Of a DNA stretch of 64,000 nt, positions 1 through 7,761 are shown one piece after another. Source of the DNA: a virus; the IMG/VR virus record IMGVR_UViG_3300037847_004938, positions 2,627 to 66,626 of that record; one strand, 5' to 3'. Within the stretch, counting starts at the first letter, position 1; each line of letters starts with the position of its first letter. A program made the position numbers and the translations under genes. The notes under the pieces are model-generated. The model was not told where the DNA came from and did no database searches. It saw nothing but the letters and a program-made list of their open reading frames with translations.

Positions 1-521
1 CTAGTTCAAGGCGAACAAACATATATAAAAATGCTTGTGCAGACAACAAAGTAGATATGATGCTCCTGGACAGTGAGGTTGAAGAGCTTACAAATGCAGT
101 CGCCAAAGCTAAAGACAATGAGTTTGTCGCGAAATTACTAGCCCGTGCTGATCTGAACTTTGAGGTTCCGAATGTTGCAGAACTTACAGATAACAAGATC
201 CAGTGGAAGTGTAAAGCCGACATAGTAACTGATGATTGCTTGTATGACATCAAAACATCAAGTAACCTCAAGGGTTTCAAAGCGTCAAGTCGTGCATACA
301 ATTACGATTCACAAGCTTACATTTACTCGACAATGTTTCAGAAGCCAATGCGTTTTCTGGTTGTAGAAAAGAAGACAGGGTGCGTAGGACTGTTCGATGT
401 GTCGGATGAATCATACTTAGCAGGTCAGGAAAAAGTAGAAAGAGCAGAACAAAATTACATAACATATCACCTTAAAAAGACTGATAAGTTAGACAACTTC
501 ATGGTTTATGGAGAGATATAA
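1..521 (+). CDS. PD-(D/E)xK exonuclease (RecE/ExoVIII-like, DUF3799-like), 5'-truncated by the window edge
   Basis: The frame is open from base 3. Motifs KCKADIV...YDIKT and YDSQAYIY...FLVVEK. Confidence 0.8.
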   Translation, partial: SSRRTNIYKNACADNKVDMMLLDSEVEELTNAVAKAKDNEFVAKLLARADLNFEVPNVAELTDNKIQWKCKADIVTDDCLYDIKTSSNLKGFKASSRAYNYDSQAYIYSTMFQKPMRFLVVEKKTGCVGLFDVSDESYLAGQEKVERAEQNYITYHLKKTDKLDNFMVYGEI

Positions 522-606
522 ATACAAACAGGAAAACGATGGACGTCCTGAATTTTTAATCTTACTAATCATCATCGTTTGGTTAGTTTATTTAATTTTA
601 TTTTAA
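508..606 (+). CDS. Possible 32-aa single-TM peptide (MERYKYKQENDGRPEFLILLIIIVWLVYLILF)
   Basis: Translated by hand. It fills the gap between two genes and has a hydrophobic C-terminus, but may be an artefact of AT-rich sequence. Confidence 0.35.
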   Translation: MERYKYKQENDGRPEFLILLIIIVWLVYLILF

Positions 607-607
607 T

Positions 608-940
608 ATGAGTACATTAATTTCAGCGTCAATTAAAGCTTCAGAATTGAAGAAGATTGACCAAACTAAAATCATTAAAGGAGAAAAAGATAATTATATA
701 CCTATCACTATTTCAGTTAATGATGAAAGTAAATTTGGTAAAAACGTTTCTATCACTATTGCACAAAGCAAAGAAGAAAGAGACACACAAACACCAAAAC
801 ATTACTTAGGTAACGGCTCAGTCATTTGGACTGACGGCAATATTGTAAAAGGTCAAAAAGATGATTCACAATCACCTATGCCAAATGCGACAAAGAGTGC
901 AGATGCGACAAGCTTGGGTGTTGATGACTTACCTTTCTGA
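608..940 (+). CDS. Putative single-stranded DNA-binding protein
   Basis: Small beta-rich protein with a flexible linker and an SSB-type acidic tail (DDLPF), next to the exonuclease. Confidence 0.65.
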   Translation: MSTLISASIKASELKKIDQTKIIKGEKDNYIPITISVNDESKFGKNVSITIAQSKEERDTQTPKHYLGNGSVIWTDGNIVKGQKDDSQSPMPNATKSADATSLGVDDLPF

Positions 941-950
941 AAGTTCAATG

Positions 951-970
951 CCCCTCGCAAGAGGGGTTTT
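951..970 (+). terminator. Intrinsic terminator
   Basis: CCCCTC-GCAA-GAGGGG-TTTT just after the SSB stop codon. Confidence 0.65.
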
Positions 971-983
971 AAACCTAAATGTA

Positions 984-1223
984 ATGGAAAATATCTTAAA
1001 GCTTATGAAAACCTTTTTGGTTATGGGCAAAATGACAGAAACAGACGATACTCCCATAGAAGAAAAAGTAAAGTATCGTCAGAGAATAGTCTTCGCTACT
1101 ATGAAGAAACTTATTCCAGAATGGAAACAACCTCCTGATTGGTATATGCTTAGTAATGAAGAAAAATTAAGAAGACTTGAATATTTAGAAAAAGTCTCAA
1201 CACCTATAAAATATGAAGAATAG
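984..1223 (+). CDS. Hypothetical protein (79 aa; start moved to ATG 984)
   Basis: The listed ORF 861..1223 overlaps SSB. ATG 984 follows the hairpin and an A-rich leader. Confidence 0.6.
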   Translation: MENILKLMKTFLVMGKMTETDDTPIEEKVKYRQRIVFATMKKLIPEWKQPPDWYMLSNEEKLRRLEYLEKVSTPIKYEE

Positions 1224-1758
1224 TATATTATATAAAATAGCAAAAATAGTCGCTGATCGTTTTCAAGTTGATCCAAAGTTCATTTTTGAAGACACTCGGC
1301 GACATGCTGTGACGGATGTCAGAGCAATATTTCACTTTATGTGTAACAAATACACCAAAGAAAGATTGCGAGTAATAGGGCAATTTAGTCATAAAATGGG
1401 CAGAAAAGAACCTCATCATCATGCAAGTATTGTTTATGCAATTAAAAAAGTAAAAAGTTTGTATGAGGTAGATAAAGATTTCAAAGAACATGTTGATGCA
1501 ATTTCAGAAGTTATAGAAAAGCAATTAACATATGATAAGTTTGTTTCAAGAAAAAATGCGACAACAATATCAAACATAATTGAAAGAATCTTTTATGAAG
1601 ATGATTACGAGTTCCTAACTTACCTAGATTTATTGGTAGATATGCTTTACGAACATAAAGACAAAGAAATAATTGAAAACTTAATTAAGACTCTGAAGGA
1701 AAACAATGAAGGGCTACATAAAGCTACACAGAACGATTCTAGATTGGGAGTGGTATAA
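1213..1758 (+). CDS. DnaA C-terminal (domain IV)-like DNA-binding protein
   Basis: RAIFHFMCNKYT..RLRVIGQF...HHASIVYAIKKV matches the DnaA domain IV HTH pattern (R..AMYL...SL..IG..F..DHTTV.HA..KI). Confidence 0.7.
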   Translation: MKNSILYKIAKIVADRFQVDPKFIFEDTRRHAVTDVRAIFHFMCNKYTKERLRVIGQFSHKMGRKEPHHHASIVYAIKKVKSLYEVDKDFKEHVDAISEVIEKQLTYDKFVSRKNATTISNIIERIFYEDDYEFLTYLDLLVDMLYEHKDKEIIENLIKTLKENNEGLHKATQNDSRLGVV

Positions 1759-2395
1759 GGACACAAACACAAAAATACTTTTCATACACTTACTGTTAAA
1801 CGCATGTTTTGATAGGTGTAAGTTTATGGGTGTTTATATGTTGCGTGGTCAATACATAACCTCAATGTCAAGACTATCCAATGAGCTTGGGTTGACAAGT
1901 AGACAATTACGTACCGCTATATCGCGATTAAAAAAAACAAAAGAAATCAATGTAAAAACTACAAATAAGTTTACTTTGTTTACTGTATGTAATTATGAAA
2001 ACTATCAATTTGAAGAGCAAAGAAACAATGCGACAATACTAACTGAATCACACAACGATTCATATTATAACGCATGTATTAAAAATGCTATTTGGTTAGA
2101 ACAAGTTTGCGTCAATCAAAAATTAAATAAAGAACAATTAGAAAAAGCTCTAGAAAAGTTTAATAATTATTTAAATCTTACAAATGATTTTAAATCAAAT
2201 TTAAAACAATACAAAAGTCATTTTATAAATTGGACTAAATACAATATAAAAACTATAGCTAAAAGTTCTGGAACATACCAATGGAAATGGAAAGGGCAAG
2301 CTGTAAAGCATGGAACTAAAACTGATTTAGAAAAAGATAAAAGTATATTTGATAAGCCTGGTTTTGAATTTAAAATTTTAAAAAATGGAAATTAA
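1706..2395 (+). CDS. Phage replication initiator / replisome organiser (wHTH)
   Basis: N-terminal GYIKLHRTILDWEWYKD...LFIHLLL...RGQYITS..RLSNELG motif typical of O-like phage initiators; lies upstream of the helicase. Confidence 0.7.
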   Translation: MKGYIKLHRTILDWEWYKDTNTKILFIHLLLNACFDRCKFMGVYMLRGQYITSMSRLSNELGLTSRQLRTAISRLKKTKEINVKTTNKFTLFTVCNYENYQFEEQRNNATILTESHNDSYYNACIKNAIWLEQVCVNQKLNKEQLEKALEKFNNYLNLTNDFKSNLKQYKSHFINWTKYNIKTIAKSSGTYQWKWKGQAVKHGTKTDLEKDKSIFDKPGFEFKILKNGN

Positions 2396-4169
2396 CGGAT
2401 ACGAAATAGACACTTATAATATATATGGGCTAGACACAAGGGCTAATAAATCGACATGCCCAAAGTGTTCGCACACACGAAAAAAGAAAACCCAAAAGTG
2501 TTTAATGTTAGATTGGAAACGAGGTCTAGGAACTTGTCAGCATTGTGGAGTTGTGTTACAATTACACAGTTACAAAAATAGACTAGAGCCAAAAGTTTAT
2601 ATAAAACCACAACCTATAAAAAAAATCACAATCATTGACAAAGTCGTCAAATGGTTTGATGGTAGAGGTATTTCTAAAAAAACTTTAGATGATTTAAAAA
2701 TATCAAATGGCAAAGAGTTTATGCCACAAGAAGGCAAAGACATGAATGTAATTCAATTCAATTATTACATTGACAACGAACTCATAAATGTAAAATATAG
2801 AGATTCAAAAAAGAACTTTAAATTATATAAAGGAGCACAAAAAACCTTTTATAACATTGATTCAATTAAAGACAAAGATACTTGTGTTATTGTAGAGGGG
2901 GAAATAGATGTAGCATCTTATCATGAGGCAGGTGTTACAAATGTAATAAGTGTACCAAATGGTTTTGTCGCGACAGGGCAGGTAAACCTAGACTACTTGA
3001 CGGATTTTTATAGTTATTTCGAGGGTATGGACAAGATCTATTTAGCTTTGGATAATGATCAAGCAGGCGAAAATGGAAAGAAAGAACTTATAAGGAGATT
3101 AGGTTCTGACAAAGTATATATAGTTGATTTACAAGAATGTAAAGACGCAAATGAATTTTTATTAGAATATGGTAAAGAAAAATTAAAAGAAACGATTATA
3201 AACGCAAAGCCATGCCCAATAGAAAATGTAGTAAGAGTTTCTGACATACTAGGTAAACTAGATAATTTTTATAAAAACGGAATCAAGAATGGGTACAAAA
3301 TTGGTCTGGATGGGTTTGATAATATTTTCTCGACATACACAAAACAATTCCTTGTTGTGACGGGGTTTCCGTCAAGTGGTAAATCAGACTTTGTAGATCA
3401 AATGACTATTGGATACAACATGATGTATGGATGGAAGACAGCATATGCTTCAACAGAAAACTTCCCACAATATTTACATGTAGATAAACTAGTGCGGAAA
3501 CTTTATGGCAGAACACCAGACTATGAAGACACTAAAAAGAAAGATTGGATAAATTGTGTAGAACATATAAACAAAAACTTTTTCTTTATTGATTATGAAG
3601 AGGGTTTTGATTTAGATAAAGTACTTACCAAAGGGGAAGAGTTAGTCAAAAGATTAGGTATAAGGTGTTTAGTTATTGACCCATATAATAAAGTAAGAGA
3701 TAAACAAAATTTAAATTTAAGTATAACAGACTACACAAATATATATTTAAATAAAATAGATAACTTTTGTAAAAAAAATGACGTAGTTTGCATCTTGGTT
3801 GCACATCCAACAAAGCCGCAGTCAGATAAAGGTAAACTTATTGAACCCACATTTTACGACGTAAAGGGTGGTGGTGAGTTCTATGACATGAGTCCACATG
3901 GTATTCTAGTTCATAGAGATTATGACCAGGGGCTTGTAAAGGTTAAAGTTTTAAAAGTAAAATTTTCTAACTTAGGTGAAAATCAAGCTCATGTAAATTA
4001 CGGGTGGAACGTAAACAACGGTAGGTATACTAAAATTAAAGAAGGTAATCCTACTTGGGACAACTCTAATTGGCTTGATTCAAAAAACAACCCTTTTGAA
4101 ATTACAAAAAGTTTAGATATAGAGTTTGAAAAATTATCACAATCATCGGAAGAAAAGCTACAATTTTAA
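2385..4169 (+). CDS. Bifunctional DNA primase-helicase (T7 gp4/Twinkle-like)
   Basis: Zn finger CPKC...CQHC; TOPRIM EGEID, SVPNG, DND; SF4 Walker A GFPSSGKS, VIDPY, VAHP. Confidence 0.92.
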   Translation: MEINGYEIDTYNIYGLDTRANKSTCPKCSHTRKKKTQKCLMLDWKRGLGTCQHCGVVLQLHSYKNRLEPKVYIKPQPIKKITIIDKVVKWFDGRGISKKTLDDLKISNGKEFMPQEGKDMNVIQFNYYIDNELINVKYRDSKKNFKLYKGAQKTFYNIDSIKDKDTCVIVEGEIDVASYHEAGVTNVISVPNGFVATGQVNLDYLTDFYSYFEGMDKIYLALDNDQAGENGKKELIRRLGSDKVYIVDLQECKDANEFLLEYGKEKLKETIINAKPCPIENVVRVSDILGKLDNFYKNGIKNGYKIGLDGFDNIFSTYTKQFLVVTGFPSSGKSDFVDQMTIGYNMMYGWKTAYASTENFPQYLHVDKLVRKLYGRTPDYEDTKKKDWINCVEHINKNFFFIDYEEGFDLDKVLTKGEELVKRLGIRCLVIDPYNKVRDKQNLNLSITDYTNIYLNKIDNFCKKNDVVCILVAHPTKPQSDKGKLIEPTFYDVKGGGEFYDMSPHGILVHRDYDQGLVKVKVLKVKFSNLGENQAHVNYGWNVNNGRYTKIKEGNPTWDNSNWLDSKNNPFEITKSLDIEFEKLSQSSEEKLQF

Positions 4170-4386
4170 AGACATCTCAGAGATTATGAGTAAAGTATTT
4201 GAACACAATATTAAAATTTACCCGAAAGTTTATGATAAAAAACATTTTAAAATTGAAATAGATTTTAATGGAAGAAAAAAACTAGGTGATATTATTTATA
4301 ATTGGAAAACAGAACAGAAAGAAATGCAAGAAAAAATAAGAGAGTTATATTTAGAAATTTATGAAAGAATACAAAAAAGGAAATAA
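4126..4386 (+). CDS. Hypothetical protein (start may be ATG 4186)
   Basis: ORF in a tightly packed operon. Confidence 0.55.
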   Translation: MKNYHNHRKKSYNFKDISEIMSKVFEHNIKIYPKVYDKKHFKIEIDFNGRKKLGDIIYNWKTEQKEMQEKIRELYLEIYERIQKRK

Positions 4387-4672
4387 AACATACGTATACG
4401 ACGCAAACTTATTAGAGTTTCAATATGAGACATTTAAAAAAATGTCAAATAAAGAATTTGTAGAAAATATTATAGATGCTTTACATTATGCTTGTTATGT
4501 TTCTTGGTTAAACAAGCTTAATACAGATCAAACATTAGCAGACAACGGAATCATACATGAATTGGTACATTTAACTAAAAAAGAAACAAGGCAATACCAA
4601 AATGTATCAGAAACAAGAAAAAAATTTAACAAAATGTTAAAAGTATCAAAAAAAAACTATAATTTTAGTTAA
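4361..4672 (+). CDS. Hypothetical protein
   Basis: ORF in a packed operon; contains an HELVH motif. Confidence 0.6.
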   Translation: MKEYKKGNKTYVYDANLLEFQYETFKKMSNKEFVENIIDALHYACYVSWLNKLNTDQTLADNGIIHELVHLTKKETRQYQNVSETRKKFNKMLKVSKKNYNFS

Positions 4673-4684
4673 CTTAGCATTAGA

Positions 4685-5065
4685 ATGTCAGACAAACCAA
4701 AAAAAATAATACAATTCAATAAAGCTTTTGACATTCCTATTAATAAAAAACCAACTTTACTTAACAGTAAAGAATATAATTTAAAATATAATCTACTTAA
4801 AGAAGAACTAGACGAATACTATGAAGCTTGTGTAAATGGCGACATAGTAGAGGTTAGTGATGCGATTGTCGACATGTTATACGTTTTGTACGGGTTTGTC
4901 GTACATCACGGTTTGTCTAATGTCATCGACGAAATGTTTGATGAAGTACACAAATCTAACATGAGTAAACTTGAAAACGGAAAAGTTTTGAGAAGGTCAG
5001 ACGGAAAGATTTTGAAAGGGTCTGAGTTTTTCAAACCAAACTTAAACCAATATATAAATGGATAG
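4685..5065 (+). CDS. MazG-like / PRA-PH-type NTP pyrophosphohydrolase
   Basis: EELDEY...EVSDAIVD..YV..G...EVHKSNMSK...DGKILK motif. Confidence 0.85.
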   Translation: MSDKPKKIIQFNKAFDIPINKKPTLLNSKEYNLKYNLLKEELDEYYEACVNGDIVEVSDAIVDMLYVLYGFVVHHGLSNVIDEMFDEVHKSNMSKLENGKVLRRSDGKILKGSEFFKPNLNQYING

Positions 5066-5294
5066 AGAAGAGCTAGATATTTGGATTGATAAAGTTCTTG
5101 GGTATAAAACCTGGAGCGATAAGAAAAAAATAGATTCTTTTTTAGAATATGACTGTAATATGTATACAAACTTAGGGATTGATTCCACAAAGACAGAAAG
5201 GCTTGAAGTAAAACGAAAGTCAAAAATATTATACAAAGCAGTTGCTAAAGTAAATGAGTCTATGGGAAAAAAACTCCTGTATTATATGGATTAA
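5058..5294 (+). CDS. Hypothetical phage protein
   Basis: Overlapping ORF in the operon. Confidence 0.65.
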   Translation: MDREELDIWIDKVLGYKTWSDKKKIDSFLEYDCNMYTNLGIDSTKTERLEVKRKSKILYKAVAKVNESMGKKLLYYMD

Positions 5295-5295
5295 T

Positions 5296-5466
5296 ATGGC
5301 AATTACATCACGTGAGCGGTACATTACTAATGCATTCAACAAAATGCATGGTAAGCTTGACTCTGCTTTCGAAGATGTTTTTGACGGAGAATTCGAAGAG
5401 TGTAAGAACACAATCAATTCATTGATTTATGATTTAAAAGATTTTAAAAAATCAATGGAGACATGA
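5296..5466 (+). CDS. Hypothetical protein (56 aa; start moved to ATG 5296)
   Basis: ATG lies 1 nt after the upstream stop; ATGA overlap with the next gene. Confidence 0.6.
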   Translation: MAITSRERYITNAFNKMHGKLDSAFEDVFDGEFEECKNTINSLIYDLKDFKKSMET

Positions 5467-6560
5467 AAAAAAGAGTACGTATTACACCTGAAGAAGCACA
5501 AGCACTTGGCATAAAAGCAAAGCCAATTGAAAAAGGTAGAAGAACTTTTAGAACCTATCTTACATCAGACCAAAGAACCCAGCTAAAAGAAATAAAACAC
5601 AAAGGAGTCGTTGTTTTTTGTGAAGAAAGAGGCATAGATTTCAATAGTGTAAAAGAATATTGGGATAAGACAAAAGAATATTCTATAAGGGTAAGACCAG
5701 AAGTTCTCTCTTATTCTGATATATGTGAAGATATAATTAAGGAAATGGATAAACATTCTCCTAATTATAAAACCATAAAAAGAAAAAAGCTAAAGAGCCC
5801 ACACTTATTAGTGTTGGATCCCGCAGACATACACATAGGTAAACTTGCAACGAGTTTTGAAACAGGTGAAGCTTATGATCAAGAAATAGCAGTGCAAAGA
5901 GTAAGAGATGGGGTTGAGGGAATATTAAACAAGTGCTATGGGTTTGATTTAGAAAAAATAGTTTTAGTTATAGGAAACGATATACTACATATAGATACAC
6001 CAAAAAGGCAAACTACGTCAGGAACTCCACAAGATACAGATGGTATGTGGTACGAAAATTTTATGAAAGCAAAGTCTTTATATGTAGAAATTATTGATAA
6101 GCTTATAGCTATTTGTGATGTACATGTAATGTACAATCCTTCTAACCATGACTATACTAATGGATTCTTTTTAGCTGACGTAATAAAATCTTGGTTTAGA
6201 AAAACAAAAAACGTAACGTTCGATACAGCAATTACACATAGAAAATATTACAGGTACGGAATGAATTTAATCGGCACAACGCATGGTGATGGTGCGCGTG
6301 TCGCGAATTTACCATTGTTGATGGCAGTAGAATCAAAAGAATTTTGGGCAGAATGTCGACATAGATACATATATACACATCACGTACACCATAAAAACGC
6401 AAAAGATTATACTGGGGTGACAGTAGAAAGCCTAAGGAGTCCGTCATCAGCTGACTCATGGCATCATAGAAACGGATATCAACATAACCCAAAAGCTATT
6501 GAAGGTTTTGTTCATCACCCTGAACACGGTCAAATAGCTCGATTAACACACATCTTTTAA
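5463..6560 (+). CDS. Calcineurin-like metallophosphoesterase
   Basis: DIH, GND, NHD, HGD and HHVHH metal-binding motifs. Confidence 0.85.
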   Translation: MKKRVRITPEEAQALGIKAKPIEKGRRTFRTYLTSDQRTQLKEIKHKGVVVFCEERGIDFNSVKEYWDKTKEYSIRVRPEVLSYSDICEDIIKEMDKHSPNYKTIKRKKLKSPHLLVLDPADIHIGKLATSFETGEAYDQEIAVQRVRDGVEGILNKCYGFDLEKIVLVIGNDILHIDTPKRQTTSGTPQDTDGMWYENFMKAKSLYVEIIDKLIAICDVHVMYNPSNHDYTNGFFLADVIKSWFRKTKNVTFDTAITHRKYYRYGMNLIGTTHGDGARVANLPLLMAVESKEFWAECRHRYIYTHHVHHKNAKDYTGVTVESLRSPSSADSWHHRNGYQHNPKAIEGFVHHPEHGQIARLTHIF

Positions 6561-6733
6561 TGGAAGAATGGACACAAATATCATTCTCTTTCTTTTGGCC
6601 TCATGAAGCAATGCTTATAGGATATGAAATGGTGGAACCAAACGATACCCAACATTGGTATAGTTTTATGTTACATTGTTTTTTTTGCACACTTAGATAC
6701 GAATGGGGCTACGGAGATAGGCCTTATTCATAA
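6560..6733 (+). CDS. Hypothetical 57-aa aromatic-rich protein (MEEWTQISFSFFWPHE...)
   Basis: Translated by hand; TAATG coupling with the upstream gene. Below the ORF-track cutoff. Confidence 0.65.
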   Translation: MEEWTQISFSFFWPHEAMLIGYEMVEPNDTQHWYSFMLHCFFCTLRYEWGYGDRPYS

Positions 6734-6740
6734 TTTTTTG

Positions 6741-6748
6741 TATATTTG
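6741..6748 (+). promoter_or_regulatory. Bacteroidota -7 promoter element TATATTTG
   Basis: Matches TAnnTTTG; intergenic. Confidence 0.6.
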
Positions 6749-6751
6749 TAA

Positions 6752-6840
6752 AGAGTTTATCATCTAGAGTTCTTATTAGTCGTATCGCTCTAGATAAGTT
6801 TTCATTGTAAAAACCCTTGCTAAACAGTGGGGGTTTTTTT
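6752..6840 (+). ncRNA. Candidate ~90-nt small RNA
   Basis: Non-coding stretch between a promoter element and an intrinsic terminator; stem ATCTAGAG(6762-69)/CTCTAGAT(6788-95). Confidence 0.45.
6809..6840 (+). terminator. Intrinsic terminator
   Basis: AAAACCCTTGCT-AAAC-AGTGGGGGTTTT followed by a T tract. Confidence 0.65.
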
Positions 6841-6854
6841 ATTACTTTTACATT

Positions 6855-7343
6855 ATGAACATCGAAGATAAATTTTATTGCAGTAGGGAGCCAGACGACA
6901 CAGAAATCATAGTCATTAAAAACTTATTAAAAAAAATAGATTTAAAAGGATATTTAAATGATAATTTTATTTATGTGTTGTTAGAAGAAGATGAAGGAGG
7001 ATTTGAAATATTATCATTTGAAAACGACTATGTTTTTATAGCTTCAAAAGAATTAAATGTTCCTAACAAAATGGCTATAGAATATTTAATCGACAAAGTG
7101 GAGATTGATCAAGCGTATAACGAGCTTTTATTTGATACCAAGATAGGGTCTTTTAAAAAATATAAAACAATAACAAAAGAAAAGCTAACTAGAAAAGGTC
7201 TCATGAGACAGTATTCTAATTATGATATATATGCTTCAAGCAAAAAAGAAGCAACGCAAATACTTAATAAAATAGGGGTTTTTAACTACCTTAGCATTGA
7301 AGATGTATCGAAGAAGAAAAAAAAGACAGATAACGAGACATAA
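6855..7343 (+). CDS. Hypothetical protein
   Basis: 162-aa ORF with no recognised motif. Confidence 0.6.
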   Translation: MNIEDKFYCSREPDDTEIIVIKNLLKKIDLKGYLNDNFIYVLLEEDEGGFEILSFENDYVFIASKELNVPNKMAIEYLIDKVEIDQAYNELLFDTKIGSFKKYKTITKEKLTRKGLMRQYSNYDIYASSKKEATQILNKIGVFNYLSIEDVSKKKKKTDNET

Positions 7344-7761
7344 AAAAACTAAGATTGATGGTATAGAATTTCAATCTAAGCTAGAGTCACACATGTATCT
7401 TCTTTTAAAATCACACAAAATTCCAAGCAAATACGAAGGGACAAAATTCACAATCATTGACGGCTTTCAGTTGCCTTTTAGTTCTTATGAAAAAACTCCA
7501 AAGAAAAAGTTTCTGCATGATAAAGGTCATAAAAAAATATTACCTATAACGTACACTCCTGATTTTGTAGATACACAGAATCCACCAAGATTTATTATTG
7601 AATGCAAGGGTAATCCTAACGAAAGATTTCCTTTGGTCTGGAAGCTTTTTAAACGCTATCTAACGATAAATAATATACACGCTGATCTGTTTGTACCAAG
7701 GAATCAAAAAGATTGCTTAGAGGTTATAAGATTGATTAAGGAAAAATATTTTATTTCTTAG
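7303..7761 (+). CDS. PD-(D/E)xK endonuclease (T7 endonuclease I / DUF1064-like)
   Basis: DGIEFQSKLE...YE...ITYTPDF...IIECKG; start moved to ATG 7303. Confidence 0.8.
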   Translation: MYRRRKKRQITRHKKTKIDGIEFQSKLESHMYLLLKSHKIPSKYEGTKFTIIDGFQLPFSSYEKTPKKKFLHDKGHKKILPITYTPDFVDTQNPPRFIIECKGNPNERFPLVWKLFKRYLTINNIHADLFVPRNQKDCLEVIRLIKEKYFIS

